Source of the DNA: Candidatus Gastranaerophilales bacterium
GTDB taxonomy: Bacteria; Cyanobacteriota; Vampirovibrionia; Gastranaerophilales; Gastranaerophilaceae
Direction: 5' to 3'
DNA: 64,000 nucleotides
NCBI GenBank assembly: GCA_944323045.1
Contig: CALUQX010000009.1
Span: 11,903 to 75,902 of the forward strand
The notes beneath the pieces are model-generated. The model searched no databases and had not been told where the DNA came from. It saw nothing but the letters and a program-made list of their open reading frames with translations. Position 1 is the first letter of the stretch, and every line of letters starts with the position of its first letter. The position numbers and the translations under genes are program-made. Of the stretch, positions 1 to 7,142 are shown piece after piece.

Positions 1-374
1 TGTCCAAGTTTTAATGTTTTATCATATATTATTTGAGCATTTATATTCTCTGCTTCAAAATCGCGTATCACAGCTTTTTTAAATATAAAAGGTAAAATTG
101 CGGCTTTAAGATAAGGTTTTTCAAGTTCTAATGCCTTGCTGCCATTATCATTAAGCAGGGCAAAATAATCAGCCTGAACAATAACAGCAGGACGAAGTCC
201 CATTTTTAATTTTGGATTTTTTAACTCGACTTTATACCCCTGCGCCGCTGCAAGAGTTTTAATCTGTTCTACCCTTGAAGGCAGATTCACAACAGCGGGA
301 ATTCCCCAGTAATAAACCCCGTATAAAAATGTAAGGCATCCTGCCAGTATTAAACTTTTGAAACTACCTCTCAT
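1..374 (-). CDS. hypothetical membrane-anchored protein, N-terminal part only (runs off window edge)
   Basis: Open minus-strand frame from ATG at 372-374 (MRGSFKSLILAGCLTFLYGVYYWGIPAVVNLP...). Hydrophobic N-terminus. No stop before position 1, so it is absent from the ORF track. Confidence 0.35.
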   Translation of the reverse strand, partial: MRGSFKSLILAGCLTFLYGVYYWGIPAVVNLPSRVEQIKTLAAAQGYKVELKNPKLKMGLRPAVIVQADYFALLNDNGSKALELEKPYLKAAILPFIFKKAVIRDFEAENINAQIIYDKTLKLG

Positions 375-463
375 ACATTGTAAATTATACGACTAAAACT
401 GTAAAAATTGAACTAATAACAGGAATATTTTTTCATTTTGTAACGGGATTTATAATAAGAAAT

Positions 464-1042
464 TTAATAATTTTCACACAGAACTTCAAAATATGCCTGT
501 GGATGGTGGCAGTTCGGGCATTCTTTCGGGGCTGATTTTCCGTAGTGTACATATCCGCATTCGCGACACATCCAGTTTGTTTCTTCATCTTTTTTAAATA
601 CAGTTTTGTTTTTCACATTTTCAAGCAGTTTTAGATATCTCTGATGATGATGTTTTTCAGCGTGGATTACATGGTGAAAAATTTCAGCGATTTTATCAAA
701 TCCTTCTTCTTTTGCGATTCTTTCGCCTTCTGCATAGAGAATTTTCCACTCTTCTTCTTCACCCTCTGCTGCACTTTCAAGATTTTCTTCTGTAGTACCC
801 AATTCAAATGGATATTCCGCATTTACAGTCCCTCGAATTTCACCGAGCGGTTCATAAAAGAGTTTAGCGTGTTCCTTTTCGTTTTCTGCTGTTTCCAAAA
901 ATATAGCGGCAATTTGTTCATAGCCTTCGTTTTTCGCAATTTTTGCAAAAAATGAATAACGATTTCTTGCCTGTGATTCGCCGGCAAAGGCATTGATTAA
1001 ATTCTGTTCTGTTTGTGTACCTTTTAATGATTCATTTGACAT
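464..1042 (-). CDS. rbr: rubrerythrin
   Basis: Ferritin-like diiron N-domain (ESQARNRY, EKEH, EE..W). C-terminal rubredoxin-like CxxC...CxxC (CRECGY...CPNCHHP). Confidence 0.9.
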   Translation of the reverse strand: MSNESLKGTQTEQNLINAFAGESQARNRYSFFAKIAKNEGYEQIAAIFLETAENEKEHAKLFYEPLGEIRGTVNAEYPFELGTTEENLESAAEGEEEEWKILYAEGERIAKEEGFDKIAEIFHHVIHAEKHHHQRYLKLLENVKNKTVFKKDEETNWMCRECGYVHYGKSAPKECPNCHHPQAYFEVLCENY

Positions 1043-1213
1043 ATTCTACCCCTTTCTATCACTGTAATGGTATGGAAAATCATGAGTTTATTCAATTAGA
1101 TTACAAGATTAGCCGGGATAACTATATTTTGACGGGCAATTCACTACTTTACGGGGATTATTATTGTTAAAAAAAATACGATAATAGAAATGTAGAAAAA
1201 GATGGAGGTGATT

Positions 1214-1378
1214 ATGAATTTACTTTCATACACTAAAAAAATCGCCGAAAAAATTAATTTTTACGATGAGATAGCGAAAAATTCACTATCTGAATTTAAT
1301 ATGTTTAATCCGTTTGCATCTCAGCCGCTGAATATCACAATAATCTGGATAGACGGAGATGATGACGATATTATCTGA
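1214..1378 (+). CDS. small hypothetical protein (54 aa, acidic C-terminus)
   Basis: ATG preceded by GGAGGTG RBS (1204-1210). Below the ORF-track size cut-off; no recognisable motif. Confidence 0.3.
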   Translation: MNLLSYTKKIAEKINFYDEIAKNSLSEFNMFNPFASQPLNITIIWIDGDDDDII

Positions 1379-1937
1379 CAGCCTCCAGCATTGTAGCCAG
1401 TGCATCCGGACACAACCCTATAATATTCTTTAAACTGCCCGAATATTCTTTTATATATCCGGCAGGCATTTCCTGAATTCCATAAGCTCCAGCTTTATCA
1501 AACGGCTTGAATTTCGTTACATATTCCTTAATTTTTTCATCACTTAAAGGGTAAAATTCAACCTCACTAGTTACTGATTGTTTTTTAACATTATTAGTTT
1601 TGGTGTTAATAACTACAATTGCAGTTACGACTCTATGCCTGCGTCCTGAAAGTCTTTTAAGCATATTACAGGCATTTTCAAAGTTTTCAGGCTTGCCTAA
1701 AATTTCATCATCCACCACAACCATTGTATCAGCCCCGATTATTATTGCATCTCCCTCTACTAAAGGAACAACGGCTTTTGCCTTGTTATACGCAAGCTCT
1801 TCTATATAATCATAAGAAAAAACCGTCCTCGTATGGTCTTCTTCATACGGTGACGGTACAATTTCATAACAATATCCACTTTCTTTCAGAATATTCGCTC
1901 TTCTGGGAGAAGAAGATGCCAGAATAATTTTTCCCAT
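1371..1937 (-). CDS. maf: Maf-like nucleotide pyrophosphatase / septum formation protein
   Basis: N-terminal ILASSSPRR motif, GADT, and the KAGAYGIQ motif typical of the Maf family. Confidence 0.85.
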   Translation of the reverse strand: MGKIILASSSPRRANILKESGYCYEIVPSPYEEDHTRTVFSYDYIEELAYNKAKAVVPLVEGDAIIIGADTMVVVDDEILGKPENFENACNMLKRLSGRRHRVVTAIVVINTKTNNVKKQSVTSEVEFYPLSDEKIKEYVTKFKPFDKAGAYGIQEMPAGYIKEYSGSLKNIIGLCPDALATMLEAVR

Positions 1938-2013
1938 TTTCCAATTCCTCTTTCTTTGACTATCATATCAAAAAAAGCTGAATTTCAAACTTTTTTCGGG
2001 AAATTGTTATGTA

Positions 2014-2250
2014 TTAATATCTTGATGTTTTGTTATATCTTGCTGTTCTGGCATTAATAGCATAACATGCAATGTTCAGACGTTGTTTTAAAACCATCAT
2101 ATTTCTGTACATACTTGCGTAATCATTCATGGCGCCCATCATCTTATTCGGGTCAACCATTGATTCCATATTGTCATGATTGTCAACTTTTTCATCTGCA
2201 TATTTTTTTACTAGCAGTTGATCAATGTAATCTTCAGCACCTATTGCCAT
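2014..2250 (-). CDS. hypothetical protein (78 aa)
   Basis: ORF only; no motif recognised. Confidence 0.3.
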   Translation of the reverse strand: MAIGAEDYIDQLLVKKYADEKVDNHDNMESMVDPNKMMGAMNDYASMYRNMMVLKQRLNIACYAINARTARYNKTSRY

Positions 2251-2439
2251 AAGTGTCCTCCCTGGTATTCGTGTTCCTATTGATTGTTTGAGAAAATATT
2301 ATCCTAAATATTCCTTATGTATATACTAAGTATTTTTTTCCCGCAAAATTGCTTTTTTTCACTCAATGCCTTAACATAATTTAACATTTCTCTGAATATC
2401 ATTTCTCTATGCTGAAATATAGTGGCGCTATTTTGAAAA

Positions 2440-4116
2440 ATGTGTTATAATTCAGAAATGAAAGAGATTAAAATTATTGCACCGGTCAAAAAACCTGATG
2501 ATATTCAGCTTTTCGCATCTAAAACGAATTGCCGCGACTATTACGTTTATTACAAGAAATTCCTTAATAATAATTTCGACTATGTGACGGAATTTGTATC
2601 CGCGGCAAAAAATAACAACTGTCGTATCTACATTAATTTTAAACACGATATCACAGAAGAAAATCTTGCAGAAATAAAAAAAATGCTTAAATTTCTGAAA
2701 ACAGCAGGTATTGACGGCATTTTTATAAACAGTTTTGCAATACTAGAGGCGATAAAAGTGTTTAATCTGCCTTTCAAAATAATTGTTGACAGCTATTTTG
2801 ATATACACAATATCGCAGGAATTGATTTTCTGAATAACTTTCATAAAATTGATGAAGTTATCATTACTGAAGAAATTTACATGAAGAATATTGCAAAAAT
2901 CAAAAAATACACAAAGTTGCCGCTGGCAATAGATTCCGACAATCTTCCGTGGTGTGCGGAGGATATACAAAAACTCAAAGCAATAGACAGTGTTGTAATA
3001 AAAGGAAAATTCGCGACATCCGAAGAAATTCTTGAAGGTATTGAACTTGTAGAAAAAATACTCGCTAACCCTAAAATGTTCAAAAATCAAAAACTGCCTT
3101 TTAAACACGTAAGAAAGAGCATTTATCAGACCAACCATTTTTCCGGCGAAGTTGTCAGCGCAGAAGGTAATGACTTTGAATTTAGTTGTAATATCAAGAA
3201 CTTTGACTGGGATATCAAGCCGCCGCGTATAAAGTCAGATTATGAAGGCGCCAGAAAAAATAAATACCGGATAAACTTACGCCTATCAGAACTCGCGCAT
3301 CTAAAAGAGTTAGAAAAATACATTAAAAAAGTTGGCAAATGTCCGATTTATTCTATTGAATATGGTGAAATACTTGCAACAAGTGATTTAGCGACCAGCA
3401 GTTTCAATGAAATAATAATGAAAGTCAAGAAATTTTGCGTAAAATACGGTATTGAATTTCAGTTATCAACTCCCAGAATCCTTATAGAACGTGACTTTGA
3501 CAGAGTTTATGAGTATGTAAAACAGATTATCCTCTCAGATCCTGAACCTTCATCCTTAATCATCAATAATATCGGGTATTTCTGGATGATTCTGAATGAT
3601 ACGGATATGGACGATTTGCCTTTAGAAATTGGGCAGGGAATAAATTTGTTGAACAGCCTTTCTATAAAGTGTTTAAACAGTCTTACGCCTTTAAATACAG
3701 TTGATTTCACGTCATTTAAAGATAAGGAAAGCGCTATTAAAACTATTAAGAAGATAAAAAATCTTATACCGAACCGCAAATATACAATTGCCGGAAATAT
3801 CAGAGTTCCGAGCTTAGGCTTGTGCCCGCTCAATAATGATAGCGCAATAATTTCGCGCCTGTCTTGTGCAGCACCGTGCCATAGAGGCGGATATGCATTG
3901 CATGACCCGTCACTGGATAAAGTCTATCCGTTTACCTGCGACGGTTTTTGCAGAATGCATATGTTTGAAGACCGGATACTGGCGGATTTTGATGATGTAG
4001 AAGAACTCGCCAAAGCCGGAGTTAACGAATTTGTATTTGATTTCAGCGCCCTGAACGCTAAATTTATACCCGTATTGCTTGAAAAATTTTTTAATAGAGC
4101 TGACTTAAAGGCTTGA
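2440..4116 (+). CDS. U32-peptidase-family-like protein (function uncertain)
   Basis: Long ORF with a TIM-barrel-like N-terminus (IKIIAPV...DGIFINS) and a Cys-rich C-terminal part (CAAPCHRGG...CDGFC). The true start may be M at 2458. Confidence 0.4.
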   Translation: MCYNSEMKEIKIIAPVKKPDDIQLFASKTNCRDYYVYYKKFLNNNFDYVTEFVSAAKNNNCRIYINFKHDITEENLAEIKKMLKFLKTAGIDGIFINSFAILEAIKVFNLPFKIIVDSYFDIHNIAGIDFLNNFHKIDEVIITEEIYMKNIAKIKKYTKLPLAIDSDNLPWCAEDIQKLKAIDSVVIKGKFATSEEILEGIELVEKILANPKMFKNQKLPFKHVRKSIYQTNHFSGEVVSAEGNDFEFSCNIKNFDWDIKPPRIKSDYEGARKNKYRINLRLSELAHLKELEKYIKKVGKCPIYSIEYGEILATSDLATSSFNEIIMKVKKFCVKYGIEFQLSTPRILIERDFDRVYEYVKQIILSDPEPSSLIINNIGYFWMILNDTDMDDLPLEIGQGINLLNSLSIKCLNSLTPLNTVDFTSFKDKESAIKTIKKIKNLIPNRKYTIAGNIRVPSLGLCPLNNDSAIISRLSCAAPCHRGGYALHDPSLDKVYPFTCDGFCRMHMFEDRILADFDDVEELAKAGVNEFVFDFSALNAKFIPVLLEKFFNRADLKA

Positions 4117-4405
4117 AAAAATTTGAGACATATGTAATAATGAGTATAAGAATGGCAAAAACTGAGGAATTTGGATGACAGAGTTGTTGGCAGACCGAAA
4201 AGAACAAAATGTAGTTTTGGGTTTCCACCCCGACAATTTCCGTAGGGTGGGCAAAGCAGAGCGTGCCCACCGCAATGTTGGTAACTCCCAGCAAACGGAA
4301 CTTACTCCACTCACAATCCTCACCCCCTTCACTTTTGGTGCGTGCAAACATGAGCCTTTTGCATCTTGCAAAGTGGCTGAAACCCGCATGAATACTGAGT
4401 TTTGC

Positions 4406-4416
4406 GGGGGGGGGGG
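4406..4416 (+). repeat. homopolymeric G11 tract
   Basis: Counted directly: GC-GGGGGGGGGGG-TGCC. The homologous site upstream of paralog B has G10. Confidence 0.95.
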
Positions 4417-4480
4417 TGCCAAACTCTAAGCCCCACAAGGCTTTCCGGCACATTGCAAAATCGTGTCATAGTCAAAACCC

Positions 4481-4536
4481 GTCATCCCGCAACAGGATTG
4501 CGGCAATACACAGAGATTGTGACCTTGCGGGATCTC
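4481..4536 (+). repeat. polar stem-loop element (GTCAT-stem-loop-stem-ATCTC), copy 1 of a perfect direct repeat
   Basis: GTCATCCCGCAACAGGATTGCGGCAATACACAGAGATTGTGACCTTGCGGGATCTC. CCCGCAA can pair with either of two TTGCGG(G) segments. Confidence 0.85.
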
Positions 4537-5036
4537 AAACAAAAATTTACAGTAGACCGTATTTCCCAATCCGCCAGCACCACCACAAGCCAAAAACTTG
4601 TGAATAAATCAATAGTCCTATTAAAACCTACTTAATAAATAGAATTTATGCTAAATTAGCATTATGACAAAGAAAAAACATAAGGATAAAGAATTATGCC
4701 AAAAGATGAAGAATTAAACCAACAATTGAAGAACCACAAAATTCCTCTCCAAGGGGGAGGAAAAGAATTTGTTAGCGAATGTAATGAGCTTACAAATTCA
4801 GGAGGGGGTCAGACCAGTCCGCATTTATACACTGAGTGGTTGCTAAAGAAGTCCAATCACCCAAATTCGACCCAAAACAACTTGTTTCAGGGTCTAGCCA
4901 ACGTGACAGAGGTCGATGAGTTGAATACCCAAACAGTCGTCGCATTAGTGACCCCTCACCAAGAAAGGCTAGCCTCATTACATTCGTCAAGCCTTTCTAT
5001 CCTCTCCCGCAAGGGGCGAGGAGAACGTCATCCCGC

Positions 5037-5092
5037 AACAGGATTGCGGCAATACACAGAGATTGTGACCTTGCGGGATCTCAAAAGAAAAG
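5037..5092 (+). repeat. polar stem-loop element, copy 2 (identical to 4481-4536)
   Basis: About 60 nt identical to the copy 556 bp upstream, extending one base 5' and three bases 3' of the element. Confidence 0.85.
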
Positions 5093-5118
5093 TAGTAACA
5101 AAAAAGGAGAATAAAACA

Positions 5119-6246
5119 ATGAAACTAAACAACAACAAAGCAGTGGCTCAGACCAATTCCAGAAACGGACTTAACGTCCTAACGTCTTATCGTCTTAACG
5201 TCTTTGGAAGACGCTCCGCGTTTACCCTCGCCGAAGTCCTCATCACCCTTGCGATAATCGGCGTAGTGGCGGCGATAACGATACCAAGCCTTGTTAAGAA
5301 CTACAATGAGCATGCATGGTTAACCGCACAGGATGTGTTCACCAAAAGACTTGAAGTCGCAACCCGCCAAATGAACACCGAGGAAAAACTTGCGGGTTAC
5401 AGTTCGACAATGGATTTTGTAAACGAATTAAAGAAGAAAATCAAAATAACCAACGTATGCGATAGCAACAATTTGAGTAAATGCTTTGAAAGCACAATCT
5501 TAACAGCAGACGGTCAGGAAATAGATGCTACTAATTTAAAGACATCCGCCAAACTTGCCAAAGAGGATTGGGGAACGGAAACAGTTGGCGTGCAGTTTGC
5601 AAATGGAATAAATGCATTAATAGCATATAATCCGCAGACAGACCAACAACCGTTCAATAATCAGTTTAGTGCGACTGAGGCAAGCATGGCAATATTGTAT
5701 GACGTATCCGGACACAAAAATCCGAATACCTTAGGTAAAGACGTGAATCAGAACGCGAATGTTAAAAAATTAGGCTGTTATATTAAGCCGGATTTAGTAG
5801 GCGGTATGTGCATAAGCCAGATACTCGTCCCAGGAACAGGCTATAGCCCTATGACGAAAGCAGAATGCGACCAAGCAGTATCCGACGGAGAATTAGGGGT
5901 AAAGGCTTGCCAATATAATGATGATTATTGGGCAGGAGCAGTGAAAGCATGTGGAGGAATAAACAACATGCCAACAGAATCGCAATTAATAGACCTAGCT
6001 AAGTACGTATATAATACAGACAGTATAAACGGCGGAACAAGTACAACACATGCAACCTTAGACACAGAAAAAGCCTCTCAATTCCTCTCAGCATCCCCAT
6101 ATTCTAATTCGTTCTATGTTTGGTCTGGGCAGGAGAGCAGCAGCCTCGGCGCGTACTACCGCGACTTTCGCTATACCTACACGCTCTGGTACGACAGCAG
6201 CGCCCGCGACAGCAGCATCATACTCGCGGTTTGTCTTGACCAGTAA
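5119..6246 (+). CDS. prepilin-type N-terminal methylation-domain protein with lectin-like hypervariable C-terminus (paralog A)
   Basis: AAAAAGGAGA RBS before ATG 5119. AFTLAEVLITLAIIGVVAAITIPSL class-III signal/hydrophobic helix with E at +5. C-terminal YWAGAVKACGG..MPT..QL..LAKYVY...FYVWSG...AVCLDQ resembles the DUF1566/C-type-lectin-like layout. The ORF is open in frame back to 4696 (see findings). Confidence 0.85.
   Translation: MKLNNNKAVAQTNSRNGLNVLTSYRLNVFGRRSAFTLAEVLITLAIIGVVAAITIPSLVKNYNEHAWLTAQDVFTKRLEVATRQMNTEEKLAGYSSTMDFVNELKKKIKITNVCDSNNLSKCFESTILTADGQEIDATNLKTSAKLAKEDWGTETVGVQFANGINALIAYNPQTDQQPFNNQFSATEASMAILYDVSGHKNPNTLGKDVNQNANVKKLGCYIKPDLVGGMCISQILVPGTGYSPMTKAECDQAVSDGELGVKACQYNDDYWAGAVKACGGINNMPTESQLIDLAKYVYNTDSINGGTSTTHATLDTEKASQFLSASPYSNSFYVWSGQESSSLGAYYRDFRYTYTLWYDSSARDSSIILAVCLDQ
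6121..6243 (+). other. candidate DGR variable region (VR-A)
   Basis: GC-rich island in an AT-rich gene. By hand count, 24 of 30 codons in 6136-6225 end in C. Identical flanks in paralog B, with internal differences mostly at codon positions 1-2. Confidence 0.55.
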
Positions 6247-6261
6247 GAGGCGGAGCCTCTT
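6245..6261 (+). other. stop-codon-overlapping hairpin AAGAGGC-GGA-GCCTCTT (IMH/cruciform-like boundary)
   Basis: Perfect 7-bp stem. Identical copies sit at the 3' ends of paralogs B (24975-24991) and C (48389-48405, minus strand). Confidence 0.8.
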
Positions 6262-6780
6262 AATGGCGTGACTAGGTGATTAAGTGATTAGGTGATTAAG
6301 AGGATTTCAAAATGAGGCAATGCAAGAATCAAGCGTTGCCTTATTTTTATTAACTACTTAGTGCCTCAGTGCCTCAGTGCCTTAGTAACTTAGTAACTTT
6401 CAAGAGAGATCCCGCAAGGCGTCGAATCTAGCGTGACGCGTAAATGCCGCTGCGGGATGACATGGGGCGTTGGCTGCTCAATGTAACAACTGTTCACAGA
6501 TTACTGTTCACTGAGAACCGGTTCGTCGAAATGACAGCACCCTACGACTACGTTCATATTATTTGACCCCTCACCAAGTATTGACATTGCCTGTACTTCT
6601 TTAGCGGGCACCCAAAGTGTAAAAGCGGACTTGTCCGCCCCGCAAGGGGCGAGGAAAATTCAGCGTTGCCTGATTCATGTAACCCGCTTAATCACTTAAT
6701 CACCCAGTCACTTAATCACTTTTGTAACAACCGTTCACCGGTCTTGGTTAAAGCTTAACAAAATCAGGTACTCTGTTTTT
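6262..6780. repeat. mosaic interspersed-repeat region downstream of paralog A
   Basis: Concatenated modules: GTGATTAA 8-mers, a terminator-like hairpin, TAGTGCCT 8-mers, a polar stem-loop (6406-6463), GTTCAC 7-mers, the AGAACCGGTTCGTCGAAATGACAGCACCCTACGAC module (6514-6548) and a 93-nt module (6646-6738). Confidence 0.85.
6646..6738 (+). repeat. 93-nt conserved module (GGGGCGAGGAAAATTCAGCGTTGCCTGATTCATGTAACCCGCTTAATCAC...TTTTGTAACAACCGTTCAC)
   Basis: Identical by eye to 25315-25407. Partial reverse-complement copies at 41084-41159 and 33868-33919. Confidence 0.85.
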
Positions 6781-6887
6781 TGCCACCTGCATGGTTAGAT
6801 ATTGTTCTTTTAATATTTACGCTCACATCACTCTAGCCAAAATCCGTAACTCGCAAATAGCAATTTCTCGCTCTATCTTCTTGCTAA

Positions 6888-6919
6888 TAAAAAAGAGCCA
6901 CTTATGTGACTCTTTTTTA
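6888..6919 (-). terminator. bidirectional Rho-independent terminator downstream of tRNA-Gly
   Basis: AAAAAAGAGCCAC-TTAT-GTGACTCTTTTTT: a hairpin flanked by an A-run and a T-run. Confidence 0.7.
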
Positions 6920-6921
6920 TT

Positions 6922-6993
6922 AGCGGGAGACGAGGCTCGAACTCGCGACATCCTCCTTGGCAAGGAGGCATTCTACCACTGAATTACCCCCGC
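6922..6993 (-). tRNA. tRNA-Gly (anticodon GCC)
   Basis: Reverse complement GCGGGGGTAATTCAGTGGTAGAATGCCTCCTTGCCAAGGAGGATGTCGCGAGTTCGAGCCTCGTCTCCCGCT folds as a cloverleaf. Anticodon loop is TTGCCAA; T-loop is GTTCGAGCC. CCA is not encoded. Confidence 0.9.
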
Positions 6994-7142
6994 GTATTTC
7001 AGGTTACTTTCTTATATTACATGCTAAAAAATAAAATGCAATACCTTTTTGTTAATTTATATATGTTCACAACTTACTACCATCTCAAAATCACAAAATA
7101 ATCCTAAATATCAACAAAATTGCCTCATTCATTCAAGATAAA

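Larger units (their letters stand above)
4128..5118 (+). promoter_or_regulatory. long structured leader/upstream region of paralog A, homologous to 23050-23836
   Basis: Blocks of near-identity with the region upstream of paralog B (ACATATGT..., GGTTCCACCC, GGCTGAAACCC, poly-G+TGCCAAACTCTAAGCCCCACAAGGCTTTCCGG, AGTAGACCGTATTTCCCAATCCGCCAG..., TTGAAGAACCACAAAATTCCTCTCC). Several GC-rich hairpins. Confidence 0.5.

Noticed and set aside
644-955. Antisense or shadow ORFs inside well-supported genes (e.g. 644-955, 1600-1809, 1724-1927, 2743-3138, 7428-7736, 9178-9516, 13369-13785, 17643-18029, 20572-21159, 28190-28408, 36220-36690, 45143-45589, 63345-63710)
   Set aside because: Each is fully embedded in, and opposite to or out of frame with, a longer ORF that carries clear family motifs. 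Their translations are low-complexity or codon-shadow sequence.
4091-4635. ORFs 4091-4453(-), 4105-4422(-), 4175-4429(+), 4402-4635(+), 4416-4607(+) as protein genes
   Set aside because: They overlap one another in a repeat- and hairpin-rich leader conserved at nucleotide level with 23093-23474. The frames change across the poly-G tract. There are no RBS or protein motifs. 4175-4429 and 23093-23293 do share short peptide similarity, so a tiny uORF is not fully excluded (see findings).
6245-6261. The stop-overlapping hairpins and polar stem-loops as integron attC sites or a cassette array
   Set aside because: No R''/R' GTTRRRY core sites, no intI integrase and no contiguous cassette array are present. 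The loci are dispersed among housekeeping genes.
6270-6400. Tandem 8-mer and 9-mer arrays (GTGATTAA, TTAGTGCC, GTGAGTNNN, CTTAACGT, GTTCACN) as a possible CRISPR array
   Set aside because: The units are only 7-9 nt and directly abut one another without 25-40 nt unique spacers. No 25-40 nt direct repeat periodicity and no cas genes are present in the window.
4117-6921. The paralog A locus as a tRNA-Gly-integrated genomic island
   Set aside because: The locus does abut the 3' end of tRNA-Gly. However, I found no direct repeat of the tRNA 3' segment at the other boundary (near 4117-4130) and no integrase gene.
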